Assembly (NCBI GenBank): GCA_035221665.1
Contig: CM069151.1
Coordinates: 16,244,001 to 16,308,000, forward strand
Direction: 5' to 3'
Source of the DNA: Okamejei kenojei
Lineage: Eukaryota
Length of the DNA stretch: 64,000 nt
In this document: positions 39,896 through 51,850 of the stretch, one piece after another
Numbering within the stretch: position 1 is the first letter of the stretch
Layout of the letters: each line of letters opens with the position of its first letter
Made by a program: the position numbers and the translations under genes
Notes under the pieces: generated by a model
What the model was told of the DNA's origin: nothing
The model's input: only the letters and a program-made list of their open reading frames with translations
The model's database searches: none

Positions 39896-39966
39896 CAGTT
39901 ATCTGAATTAATATGAATTAATCTGACTGGTGGTAAACTCAGTTATGGTTGATTCTGTTATTGTTT
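39896..39966 (-). pseudogene. degenerate PTS pseudo-exon
   Basis: ETITESTITEFTTS followed by an AT-rich insertion giving an in-frame TAA; 71 nt; AG and GT retained. Confidence 0.6.
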
Positions 39967-40853
39967 CTTAAGAAAGTAAAAGCATTCATGACCATTCAAC
40001 CATGAATGGCACAACTGAGGCAGTAGAAAATTAACCTAATAAATGATTGTGTAACATAATTTCAGCAAATGGCTTCAAAATTATAACCAAACTCCATTCA
40101 GCAAGATAATGTGCTGGGTGATTTATCTGCATCACAAGTAAACTCTACTTTCAATAGAAGATTATTTTGTGAGCTGGAGTGGTAACTGCAGTTAACATAC
40201 TGTTGATCACTTGGAACTTTCAAGTGTAATGCTGAGAAATTATTGAGAAATATGAAAACAATTTAGACATGGAAAAATTATTTTCTTCTCTGCAGAACCA
40301 TCATGAGTGGAGATGCAGCAGCAACAAAATAGTATAGTCCTGCACGATTTATTCTCAGTTTTCATTCCCTCGCAAGACCTCAATGCATTTCAGTATGGTG
40401 TGCCCACTTATTTATGGCAATCACCAAAAAACCTACCATTGCACTTTTATTATGAATTACATAGCTTAATTACCCATGAGAGATGCTTTACTCCGTCTCA
40501 CATAGGCTGGCTGATCATCATATAGCCATCATTTAAAGAAGAGGATTCTAATAATTGTCTGCAGAAATAAATTTCAGGACCCTTCATTCAATATTTAGAC
40601 CAATGCTTGTTATTGGAAATTGTAGCGGATAGGTCAAATTATTAGACTTTTACTGAAGATGAGTAGAAGTTTGAATTGAACAACCAAACCCAACAGCCAG
40701 TAAGTATATACTGACAGAGGCGATCACTCCTCTGTTATGGATGAAGGGAAATTGAAGAAAGGAAGGGAAAGGAGTGCAACTGAAAACGATGTTTATGAGC
40801 TTAGCTGTGATATAAAAACCCATGGGTTTACATTGAGAGTAGTTATCACTCAC

Positions 40854-40910
40854 CAGTTGTGGGACTGGTGGTAGATTCTGTTGTTGTCGTCGCTGTTGTT
40901 GTAGTTTTTT
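40854..40910 (-). CDS. PTS micro-exon
   Basis: 57 nt; EKTTTTATTTTESTTSPTT. Confidence 0.8.
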
Positions 40911-41309
40911 CTGTAAACACACACATACACGGCCTTTACACTCAACTTGAAGAATTACACATTTGAGAGAGGAGTAACAAAATGAACATATATTGCACAA
41001 ATTAAAAGTTGTGGAATAATATTTCAACATAATCACTGCAAATATACAATCCATACTATATTCAGCAGTAATATATGTATGTGTTTCAACTCCAGCACAT
41101 ACTTTGGGCATTACTATCATTCCTTTGCATTGCATTAAAAGACCATTCTAGTTTGAATCTCAAGACTTTGAAATTCGATAACATCCCATGAGCTGCTGAG
41201 GTAAAATTGTGTTGCACAAGGCAACATTGATCAACATTGTCACAACCTGCGAGTGGTACTGTATTTGAGCATATTTTTGTTAAAATGATTGATAAAATGC
41301 ATTACTCAC

Positions 41310-41369
41310 CAGTTGTGGGGGTGGTGGTAGACGTGGTTGTGGTTGGCTCGGTTGTCGTTGTTGTTTTTT
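41310..41369 (-). CDS. PTS micro-exon
   Basis: 60 nt; EKTTTTTEPTTTTSTTTPTT. Confidence 0.8.
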
Positions 41370-41490
41370 CTGCAAATAAAAGCATTACATGCAACTTGAA
41401 GAATAATTCAACTGAGGGCAAGCGGAAGTTGAAATTGAATGACTGAACGTAACGGCTGGTAATAACCTACTGACAGAGGTGATCACTCAC

Positions 41491-41541
41491 CTGTTGTGTA
41501 AGTGGTGGTGGTGCTTGGTGGCACCGTGGGAGTTGTTTCTT
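41491..41541 (-). CDS. PTS micro-exon
   Basis: 51 nt; EETTPTVPPSTTTTYTT. Confidence 0.8.
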
Positions 41542-41880
41542 CTGGAAAATAATAAAGGCATTACATTTGTTTAAGAAGGAACTGCAGATGCTGGAAAATC
41601 GAAGTTAAACAAAAATGCTGGAGAAACTCAGCGGGTGCAGCAGCATCTATGGAGCGAAGGAAATAGGCAACGTTTCGGGCCGAAACGGGTCTGACGAAGG
41701 GGTTCGGCCCGAAATATTGCCGATTTCCTTCGCTCCATAGATGCTGCTGCACCCGCTGAGTTTCTCCAGCATTTTTGTCTACCAAGGCATTACATTTGTT
41801 TTGAATTATGTGATATAATATGTATATGTATCGGGGAGCTTGTGTTAAAAAGAGTTGCAAATGAAAATATCACCACCCAC

Positions 41881-41934
41881 CAGTTGTGGAAGTGGTTGTG
41901 GACTCAGTTGTGCTAGTTTTCGTAGATGTTTCTT
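41881..41934 (-). CDS. PTS micro-exon
   Basis: 54 nt; EETSTKTSTTESTTTSTT. Confidence 0.75.
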
Positions 41935-42495
41935 CTAAAGAGAAACAAATTCATGGACAATTAAATCATCCATGTTGAATCGTAGATTTTGAATGACCGA
42001 CGAATTCAAACGGTAATTGGACTATTTCAAAAGAGATTGTGTAGAGTGGAATTAAACTCCTTTAATTACTTCCTATCTTGCAAAAATATGGTCACAGCTG
42101 AAATGTAGGGAACACCCATAAACTACTTATTCATATCTTCATCCTATAAACTATAGAACTTAAAAATATTTCCTGAGAAATGTTGTTGCAATTATCGTTA
42201 TTATTCATGGTAGTGGAGAGATGTTTCTGTTCTTTGCTATTGGCCACAAGATATACTGCAGTCACGACACCACACTCACAAACCCAGCTCAAAATCTCAA
42301 GCTGAATAGCACAGTATTGTCAGTGCTGCACTATCTCTATCCTGCATCAGAGGACCATCAAGACTGAACCCACAGACTCTAAAATGGGATCATGAAATTG
42401 CGAAACTTGAAGCAAGGATGGGAACATGAGTGTATGAGCTCAGCTGTGATTAAAAAAAAACCCATGAGTGTACATTGAGAGAAGTTATCACTTAC

Positions 42496-42564
42496 CAGTT
42501 GTAGGACTGGTGGTAGATTCTGTGGTGGTCGTAGCTGTTGTTGTTGTTGTTGTTGTTGTTTCTT
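42496..42564 (-). CDS. PTS micro-exon, (ACA)8
   Basis: 69 nt; EE-T8-ATTTTESTTSPTT. Confidence 0.8.
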
Positions 42565-42813
42565 CTGTAAACAAATGCATACATGTCCTTTATATTCAAC
42601 TTGAAGAAAGGCACATTTGGGAGAGTAGTAACACAATCAGCATATGTGCATAAATTAAAAGAAGTTGTGGAATAACTTCAACAAAAGCCACTGCAAATTT
42701 ATAATCATCACAGCATTCAGCAGTATCATTTGCATGTGGTTCAACTCCAGCACAAGTTGGACATACTTTGGACATTGTTTTCCATCCTTTAAAATGATTG
42801 TTCACGTACTCAC

Positions 42814-43158
42814 CAGTTGTGGGACTGGTTGTAGACTCAGTTGTAGTCGTGGGGACAGTTGTAGTCTCAGTTGGCTCGCAGCAAACTCTAATTCTGTAGT
42901 CACTACAAAAGTGGCCAACATTTCCAGAGTACGTGCAGATCAATCCTATGTCTGTATTGCAGGTCACACGATCTGGTGATACACTTAGTGGCCATTCAGG
43001 ATGATTAGCAAATTGGCACTGAATGTTAGTAATTTCATCGGAAGAAGATGGGCACAATTTAGTGCCATATGGTTTCAATAATTCATAATCATTTGGAGAT
43101 CCCGTTGTTGGTGTATTTGTATTATTCCAAGGAGACCATACACCCAAACAGACTGGCA
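42814..43158 (-). CDS. CysD (WxxW) exon, copy 1
   Basis: 345 nt, phase 1-1; VPVCLGVWSPWNN...DYE...C...IQC...VTC...GLIC...CSDYRIRVCC plus Thr tail. Confidence 0.93.
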
Positions 43159-44245
43159 CTGTAATGTAAAGAAAGAAAACATAAGGCAAACTTGTATAAA
43201 ACAATACAAAGTGGGAAATATAAACATAAATATAAAAAACAAGATTTGCGAAACATGGTTGTGCATCAAAATGAATCTTCCAAATTACAGTTTAAATGAA
43301 AATGGGAACAGTAAAATGGGAATAATAACAATATGTTTGGGGAACTGTTGATTAATCTGAATTAAGATACAACCTCAAGTATCAGATAGGGAAACAGTCA
43401 TTGCCAGTGCAGAACAGAACAATGGGGAAAAGCATAAAGCACAAACGTGAGATGTCACTTATCAGGCAGCTGACTGCAGCTGAGCACTAACTATTGCATG
43501 ATTTTAACAGCCGGATATTCTTTCCACTTTGATGGGTTGGTCTCAGCGTGCTATTGAAGAACATTATTGGAGTAATTGCGCTGCCTCACCATATCACCTT
43601 CAAACATGCTACGTACTGTATATGGTGAAAATTGGTAGGCAAGAGGGAAATGGCAAAAGGGTAGCTGCTCCAGGATAATATATGATAATGGAACACGTTT
43701 GCTGTCAATTCATAAAACAGAATCAAGAGTTTAAAAAAAAGAGTCACTGCGCCCTCCTCACCCAGTTTGCCAGGTGAGGAGGGGGCAGTGAACCCCCGGC
43801 AGGACCAAAAACAAGACCTGACAGAAGGCAGATGAGCTCCTAGGGAGCCAACGGCCATCCACAATTCAATAGAAGTTGCGATCACTGTTGTACATAGCAT
43901 TGTAAGGCACCGTGCACAAAATACATCAGGAATAATTGATTATAGACATATATAATGGCAATCTAAATAATATTAGCACAGGCACCTAGCAAGAAGCATG
44001 AACTATATTTTGATAGAATCAGCAGGTGCCACCCACATTAAAACCTCTGCTGATTTTAATACCTTTTAGTTAAAGAAAATTGTTTCAACTTATCTATTAA
44101 AAGAATTTGCAAGCTTGTACTTAATATGTTTGACAATAACCTCCTGTGAGAGTATACCAAATAGGTAGAGAAGAAAACAAATGGATTTTCATTGTGATCA
44201 GTTGAGGTTTCAAAATAAATATATATTGAAAAAGCCAACACTTAC

Positions 44246-44290
44246 CTGTTGTGGTTGGAATGCTGGTTGATGTCACAGTTGATGTTTCTT
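44246..44290 (-). CDS. PTS micro-exon
   Basis: 45 nt; EETSTVTSTSIPTTT; CAG/GTAAGT. Confidence 0.8.
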
Positions 44291-44609
44291 CTGGAAAATA
44301 TACAAACAAATTCAAATCACAAAGTCAACTCAATTCTTATTTTCATATATACGAAAAAATGAAAGTAGAAACTACTGGAAGTACTTGGTAGGTCAAGCAG
44401 CATCTGTTAAGAATTAACATTTGAGACTGATTATATTTTATAAGTACTGGAACATTTAGAATGAAACAAAATGTGTGGTGCAGAGAAATAGGGGAGGATG
44501 TAACGACCAGGAGAGATTGAGTGAGCCAAATAGTGACTGAAAGATGGAAGGAAAGGAGAAGAAAGAACAAGGGGTATGTCTGGAAAAAGTGTTACTGCAA
44601 AGAAACAAA

Positions 44610-45249
44610 TCTATCTATATATACCACTAAATCTCTCATCTTGTTTATTTGTTTGTTTTGATGTGTGCACGTGCCTGAAATACAGCCAAAACTGTACACG
44701 ATAGCGCTACAATTATTGGCCCACCTTACTCACCATTGTCCTGTGATGTGCAGTATCAATTTCCCTTCAGATTGATGTGATATTTTACAAGTTATTGACA
44801 TTTAAAACTTAAAAAAAATTTAAACCCACACTTGCTGTCATTACTTGACTGGTGTCACAAATGGCACACAACGGGTCCTCAGCCATGCCTGAGCAGCTGG
44901 GGCCTTTGACAATTTTCAGATCGGCACTTTTATTTTTTGCGTGCACTTTCCTAGCCTCACAACAGGGACCCAGCGGCTCCATGGGCAAGTTTCCTATTTT
45001 ACAAACACCTCCATCAGGCCTCTATTTCTTTATTAACTTTAAGTGAATTTCTGCCGTCAACGGCACAACTTTGACCACCGCTGTCACGCCCGCGCACTTG
45101 GCCAGGTATTCACGCTTACGCAGTTGGGGAAAGCTTACCGGGCCTGCCGCCATTTTGAGATCGCCATTTTGACTTGCGTCACAATGGGAACAGGTTAGTA
45201 GTAATTTAGCGTTGGGTATTTGGGCCCAACGGGTTCGTGCTTGGTCTAG
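44610..45249 (+). mobile_element. non-autonomous Helitron
   Basis: 5'-TC...CTAG-3', inserted between A and T without TSD; subterminal hairpin gggcccaacgggttc; empty sites aaacaaa|taaaatct at ~32427 and ~38548. Confidence 0.88.
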
Positions 45250-45941
45250 TAAAATCTAAAAATTATCAGGAATGGCAGTGAGTATAGAAGAAAAGGGAAG
45301 GGAAGGTCCACAGCAGAGTGGAGACCAAAACAGATTTACTGCAGTATATATTAATTATGAGAATTAAAGTGTCTGTCATTTAAATGTTCCCTATATTTCC
45401 ACTTTGTATCTCCAACACAGTTCCAATAGAGTTTGGTATTCAGTGTAAGTTACAGTGCCTCATCTTCCAACTACAAATATGGCTTTAGGACCCAAGAGTA
45501 AATTTAAATGTTTCAGATAATCAGCTGGTTTTGTATATCACATTTGATTTTTAATCTCTCTCCATTATGGTGTCTCAGATTTCAGTTGTATGCTTACATT
45601 TACAAAACCTTCTGGTTATGAAGTCTCATCTAAACGTTCTCTTGCACCTCTGCATTTTGACCATCATGCAGAGGACTTTCAGTAAAAATTGCAGTGAAAT
45701 ATGGTAAGCTGAAATGTATTGGACAGTATTGGCAGTGCTGCAGTTTATACTACCCTGCGCCAGAGGACCATCCAAACTAAACCCATGGATTCTGAATTGG
45801 GATCACGAGGTACTGGGCTGAAATTTTGAGACTTGAAGCAGGGAGGAGAAAGTCCTGTTGCAGAACACGAATGTGTGTTGAGTATGAACTCAGCTGTTAT
45901 AATAGATCCACGAGTGTACATTGAGAGAGGTTATCACTTGC

Positions 45942-45995
45942 CAGTTGTGGGAGTGGTGGTAGATTCTGTTGTGGTTGTGGATGTCGTTGTTTCTT
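45942..45995 (-). CDS. PTS micro-exon with GC donor
   Basis: 54 nt; EETTTSTTTTESTTTPTT; donor GCAAGT. Confidence 0.6.
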
Positions 45996-46383
45996 CTGCA
46001 AACAAAGACATGCACGGCTTTTACATTCAACTCGAAGAATAACACATTTGAGAGAGTAGTAACAAACTCAGCATATATTGTATACATTAGAATAAATATA
46101 ATATCAACAATATCATTACAATACTACATTCAGCAGTAATATTTGTAATGTTTCAACCAGATTAAGCAGGACATATATTAGGCATTACTGGCCTTCCTCT
46201 GTGCTGCAATAAATCTCCATTCTAGCTTGGATCTGATGACTTTGAAATGTGATGAAATCATGAACTGGTGAGGTTAAATTATGGTGCACAAAGCAAGGCA
46301 GTTACAACTTGCAAGTGGGCTTGTATTTCAGCATTGTTGCGTTAAAATGCCTTTTAAAAGTACTGAGACAAGGCGTCATTCAC

Positions 46384-46438
46384 CAGTAGTGGGGCTGGTG
46401 GTAGACTTAGTTGTTGTCGTGGGGACAGTTGTAAAAAA
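46384..46438 (-). pseudogene. relic exon: truncated tail of a CysD-type exon
   Basis: TTVPTTTTKSTTSPTT plus a GT donor matches the 3' end of the CysD exons, but the CysD part is absent; the nearest AG gives 55 nt (out of frame). Confidence 0.55.
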
Positions 46439-46662
46439 CTATGGCAGATTAACACAGTCTTGGCAGTGCTGCACTATTCCTATCCGACACCAGAGAACCA
46501 TCTATAATGATTCTGAAATGGGATCATGAGCTACTGAGCAGAAATTGCAAGACTTGATGCATGGAGGAGAGGGCCTGTCACAGAACACAAGTATGTGATG
46601 TATATGCGCTTAGCTGTGATATAAAACCCCATGAGTGTACATTGCGAGAAGTTATCACTCAC

Positions 46663-46722
46663 CAGTTGTGGGACTGGTGGTAGATTCTGTTGTGGTCCTC
46701 ACTGTTGTTGTTGTTGTTTCTT
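46663..46722 (-). CDS. PTS micro-exon
   Basis: 60 nt; EETTTTTVRTTTESTTSPTT; CAG/GTGAGT. Confidence 0.8.
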
Positions 46723-46974
46723 CTGTAAACAAATGCATACACGGCCATTACATTCAACTTAAAGAATGGCGCGTTTGAGAGAGTGGTAACAAAATCAGCA
46801 TATAATGCATAAACTTAAAATAGATTGTGCAAAATAATGTCAACAAATCATTACAAATTTACAACCGACACTACATTCAGTGGTAATATTTGTATGTGTT
46901 TCAACTTTGACTTCTGGACATACTTTGGGCATTACTGTCCTTCCTTTGTGGTGTATCAAAGCACCATTCTAGTG

Positions 46975-47255
46975 TAGGTTTAGAGATACAGCGTGGAAAG
47001 ATGCCCTTCAGTCAACCGAGTCTGCTCGTCCATCAATCACCCGTACACTAGTTTTATTCTGTGAGCTAGGAGAAATTTGTACAGTAACCAATTAACCTGC
47101 AATCTTAGGAAAGTGGAGTGGAAATCGTTGCACCGGGAGAAAACCCTTGCGCTCACAAGGAGGACGTACAAACTCTGTACAGACTGCACCCATTGTCTGG
47201 ATGGAACCCGGATCTCTGACGTTGTAAGGCAGCAACCCTACTGTTGCTGCACTGT
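46975..47255 (-). mobile_element. V-SINE-like element
   Basis: Reverse complement of the family at 8460 and 10125. Confidence 0.65.
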
Positions 47256-47421
47256 TTGAATATCAAGTCTGAAACGCGATAACATCCCATGAACTACTGA
47301 CGAGAAATTGTGGCGCACGAGCAAGGCAAATAAACGTCAGTTACAACACGAGTGGTACTATATTTAAGCATTGTTGTGTTAAAATGCCTGTTAACAAGTA
47401 CTTTCAAAAAGCATCTCTCAC

Positions 47422-47481
47422 CAGTTGTGGGACTGGTGGTAGACTCAGTAGTGGTTGTCTCTGTTGTCGTTGTTGTTTCTT
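47422..47481 (-). CDS. PTS micro-exon
   Basis: 60 nt; EETTTTTETTTTESTTSPTT; CAG/GTGAGA. Confidence 0.8.
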
Positions 47482-47602
47482 CTGCAAATAAAACCATTAC
47501 ATTCAACTTGAAGAATGATTGAATTGAGGGGAAGTGGAAGCTGAAATTGAATGACTGAACCTAATGGCCGGTATTACCCTACTGACAGAGGCGATCCCTC
47601 AC

Positions 47603-47650
47603 CTGTTGTGGAGGTGGTGGTGCTTGGTGTTACCATGGTAGTTGTTTCTT
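47603..47650 (-). CDS. PTS micro-exon
   Basis: 48 nt; EETTTMVTPSTTTSTT; CAG/GTGAGG. Confidence 0.78.
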
Positions 47651-47783
47651 CTGGAAAATAATAAAGGCATTCAATTTGTTTTGAACAAAAATTATATGTA
47701 TAGATATTTTTTTTGCATATGTTCTCTTGGAGAGCTTATCTTAAAAATATTTGCAAATGATCACTGGAAAAATAACCACCCAC

Positions 47784-47837
47784 CAGTTGTGGAAGTGGTT
47801 GTGGACTCGGTCGTGCTGGTGGTTGTAGATGTTTCTT
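47784..47837 (-). CDS. PTS micro-exon
   Basis: 54 nt; EETSTTTSTTESTTTSTT; TAG/GTGGGT. Confidence 0.75.
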
Positions 47838-48044
47838 CTAAAGAGCAACAAATTCATGGACAATTAATTAATCAGTCTTGAATAGTAGATTTTGAATGAC
47901 CGGCAAGAACATATTACCCAATTTAAAATCGATTTGGCAAAGTAGAAATCAGTCTCTTTCATTCCTTAACATCTTTTAGCCAAGAAATTTGGCTAATACA
48001 TGTATTCATGTTCATATATTTGTACTAATAAATGTATTTGGCTA

Positions 48045-48225
48045 ATAGATGTATTCCAGAGAGAGTTGGATATAGCTCTTAGAGCTAACGGAATCAAGGG
48101 ATATGGGGAGGAAGCAGGAACGGGGTTCTGATTCTGGATGATCAGCCATGATCATAGTGAATGGCTTTGCTGGCTCGAAGGGCTGAATGGCCCACTCCTG
48201 CAACTATTTTCTATGTTTCTATGAA
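48045..48225 (+). mobile_element. CR1 3' end
   Basis: gatcagccatgatcat..gctggctcgaaggg..(tttctatg)n tail. Confidence 0.75.
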
Positions 48226-49336
48226 ATTGTTCTAAAATATGTTCATTGTTGATATGTAGGGAACATCCTAAACAATTTCATCTGCATAAAGATTGCCAAA
48301 TTGGCTCATTTTGTTAGAAATACTGAATCGATCATCGTCATTAGTCCAAAGATGGAGACATTTTACCATTCTTTTACAAATTTTCTGACAGAATTTTGTA
48401 CTTCAGAACACTCACAAACCAACTCTAAAAATTAAGGCAGGATAACACAGTTTGGGCAATGCTGCACCATCCCTATCTTGGATCAAACATGCAACGTATC
48501 TAGATTAAAATCCACATGCGTCTGATGTGAGATATCCTACAGCAAACCCAAGTGGTAGATTCCCAGATTAAAAGTGGGTGTATTACTCCTATCTGAGTAC
48601 TTCACCATATTCACTATTAGATTACTGCTTTTAAAATGGCACAGGTACTGCATGATCTGAAGCCGTTTGAGTCATTATCCCTTTACAGTTCTTTGATAGT
48701 CACTCAAATCAACCTCCATGTTCATTTCAATATACGTATACGTATATCTTGGCCTGGGTAACCTTCAGGACACATCATCAACATTTCTCTCGGCAACATT
48801 TATATTACATTTCTTTGTACAAGGAACAATATTAAATAGAAGCATTGTTATCAGTTTAAAAGGAATTTGTGAAAAGGGTAGGGAGCTGCAATATTTAACA
48901 ATATCAACATTATTTAACAATAGAGGGAAACTGGCAGAAAATAACTGTGGAAAACAGAGTTGAGCAGAGATGTCTACAAGATTCTTCATTAAAAGGTGTA
49001 CTAGAATGGAAAAGATGTGAAGGGGCAATGGTTATTATGATCATCCTTCCATTATATAAATATTCAGATGTAACCCAAGGCCTTGGATGCAAGAAATTGG
49101 GCATTGTAGATTTGACCTTCACGTCAGCTTGATAAGTCTATCACAATATTGAGGGAGGCTCGAATTAAAGATTTACTGACACTGTGGTGACACATTAACT
49201 CTCTAGCAGATGTAGTGGGAGGAAATGAGAAGGAAGAGCAGGGATCAGAATGGTGCTATTATGTAGGGTAAGGGAAGGTTGAGATGAAGGGTTGACAGTC
49301 CAGTAAAGCAGCTGAGAAAGGATCATTGTGATGGGA

Positions 49337-49367
<31 letters not shown>

Positions 49368-51053
49368 CAGATTAAAGTGCCAGGGTATTAGTGGAGACCA
49401 AGGACATTGGGTAGTACATTAAATTCAGCAGGTTTTAGGTGTTTATCTGACTTTGTAATTTCATTTTAACAGGTAAACTTGAATCTGCTCATAAAATATA
49501 TCTTTTCAACAGCACATTCCAAATTATTGCAAATTTGTGTTTAATGTCATTTATATTTTAATTTTGCCTTTGGTTCTTTTGCCAATTATCCTGGGACCCC
49601 TTTTTAGTATTTATCTGGTAGATCATTGGCCACAATGTATACAAAAGGCATGCATCACAAATCATTTCATGAACTTTACATTGCAGAAAGCCAGTTTGAT
49701 CTCACATCTGTTTTAGTTCATATTTTCATTGAGATCCTGAAGTCATAGAATCATGCAGTTCTCCCAAAATAGCAAAATGGTAGATTTATTGATTAAGGAC
49801 AATGTCATGGCATTAGTCTGAGATGATGTTACTGACAGTTTAAAAAACCCAAAATTAAAGTAAAAATTAAAAAAATATTAAGAAACATTTGGATAGGTAC
49901 ATAGATTGGATAGGTTTAGAAGGAAATTGGCAAATGCAGAGGTGGGATTAGCGTGGATGGGGCTGGGCATTGGCTGATTTCTGCCACTCAGAAATGTAGG
50001 TCCACACTAAAATAGTAACAACACAAAATCTGAAGTAAAAACTGATGAATATTTAAAACTAACATTTACATTTCTCTGAATAAGCTTTCTGAAAAATGTG
50101 TCTTACTATCCCCCCCCCTTTTTTTTTTAACAGTTTTAGAATTGCTAAATATAATTAAACAGACATTATATTCAGTTGTCAATTTTACTCAAAAAGGACA
50201 TAGAACAATACAGCACAGGAACGGGTCCATCAACTCACTATCTCTGTGGCGAACATGATGCCGAGACCAATCCTTATCTGCCAGTACATAATCCATACCC
50301 TCCATTTCCTGCATATCCAGGCGTCTATCCAAAAGTCTCTTAAACACCACAATTGTATCTGCCTCCATCACTACTCTCAGCAGTGGGCCAGGCACTCAAC
50401 ATCCACCACACACACATCCTCTCTAAACGTTGCCCAGCCACAAAATGGAGAATTGTGCAGGCAGAGATTAGTTACAGGCAGAGGAGATTAGTTGAACTGA
50501 GCATCGTGTGATCCAAAAGGCCTGTTATTGTGCTGTACTGTTCTATGTGAGGATGTTCCTGATATACATTTATTATTCTTATCAACATTTCGCCAAGCTG
50601 GCAACATGAAACCCTGACCTTATGTGCTTTTCACAAGCGAGTTTAAAACATAAGCCAAAGCTCAGACTTTATCCATACAAATTGCCTCTTACACCTACAG
50701 TTGCTTTGGGCTTGTTCCTATGAGGCAGGAGCTGTGAAAGTGAATGGAGATGAGACCTATTTGACTGAATCATATATTTGCCTTGTGGAGCCAAGAGAGA
50801 CTCTCTTTTGCCCTTTTTACACAATGTTTGTCATCTCTTTGAGACCCAGGTGCAGTATGCAGATTAAAGTTACTGATCGTCAACATCATGAAACGTGTTG
50901 GAAAATGATAACTTGCTTATGAATCCCATTTATAATTATTATGTCCAAAAGTACAGACATACCAATGTCCAGTTTCACCTCTGATCTTTCGAAATCTGTT
51001 CTTACCAAATTGTAAATATTACATGTCATAACCTGTAACTAGTATCACCTTAC

Positions 51054-51146
51054 CTGGACTAGTGATTGGTGTAGAAATTGTTGAAGTTGATGTAAGTGGA
51101 GTTGTGGTCAACAGTGTTGTAGATGGAACAGTTGTGGTCTTTATTC
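51054..51146 (-). CDS. mucin first PTS exon
   Basis: 93 nt, phase 1-1; RIKTTTVPSTTLLTTTPLTSTSTISTPITSP. Confidence 0.85.
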
Positions 51147-51579
51147 CTGTTGTTATGAACATGAACATAATAAAACTTCAGTCCTTATCTATTTCTGATA
51201 TTTCCTCAAGGCAACAACCATGCTACTGTAATTTAAGTAATATAAAGTTGCCCTTATCCATTTCGTAGTCAACTACCAAAACATTTGGGATACAGATTCA
51301 AATTTGCACTTACCAAAATGGAAAATAAGCAAATAAATATATATATAGAAATGCAAACAAAACAACAAATGTTATGTTTTGTCACTGTGTCAATGGGGTT
51401 GGCAGTCACAGCCATGTCTTCTTCAGACCAAAAACACATAAACAGATGTCTCAGAGTGCAGTGTTGCTGCGCTCTTCACCTGTGAGTGCAATGTGGGGAG
51501 TCGCAGTAGCCCTGGCCATCTCCTCCAAAGTAATCCCTCAGTGTTTACTCCACTTCTCCCAGCCACTGAGGTTTAACTC

Positions 51580-51850
51580 ATTAGTTTAGTTTAAAGATAC
51601 AACATGGAAACAGGCATTTCGGCTCACCGAGTCCACGCTGACCATCGATTATCCATTAACATTAGTTCTATGTTATCCCACTTTTTCATTTGTTCCCTAC
51701 ACATTAGGAGCAACTTACAGAGGCCGATGAACCAACAAACCCGCCGTCTTTGAGATGCAGGAGGACATGGAGGACACGGAGGAAAGCTACCTGGTCACAG
51801 GGAGGTGAGCAGACTTCACACAGACAGCACCAGCTGCCCCACTGTGTTGC
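51580..51850 (-). mobile_element. V-SINE-like element
   Basis: (tttag)n tail and core reverse-complementary to the family at 8460. Confidence 0.65.

Larger units (their letters stand above)
27960..48450. repeat. ~6.1-kb intragenic tandem duplication, about 3.5 periods (27.96-44.6 kb nearly identical, 44.6-48.4 kb more diverged)
   Basis: CysD exons start at 30609, 36730 and 42814 (periods 6121 and 6084); introns, micro-exons and TE insertions repeat in the same order. Confidence 0.95.

Noticed and set aside
29329-41860. Identical 99-aa ORF repeated three times (MQLFLTQAPRY...)
   Set aside because: It is a chance frame across the palindromic repeat, copied by the tandem duplication, with no domain features.
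28524-42636. Poly-Q and poly-V ORFs such as KKQQQQQQQLRPP and VVVVVVSS
   Set aside because: They are alternate-frame or antisense readings of the (ACA)n Thr micro-exons.
27960-44600. The 6.1-kb triplication as a pure assembly artefact
   Set aside because: The units differ by substitutions, a ~26-bp deletion near 42083, microsatellite lengths and TE content. The exact copy number remains unverified.
28650-47837. Regularly recurring short conserved motifs resembling a CRISPR-like array
   Set aside because: The context is eukaryotic, the motifs are splice-site-bounded exons with long homologous introns, and there are no cas genes.
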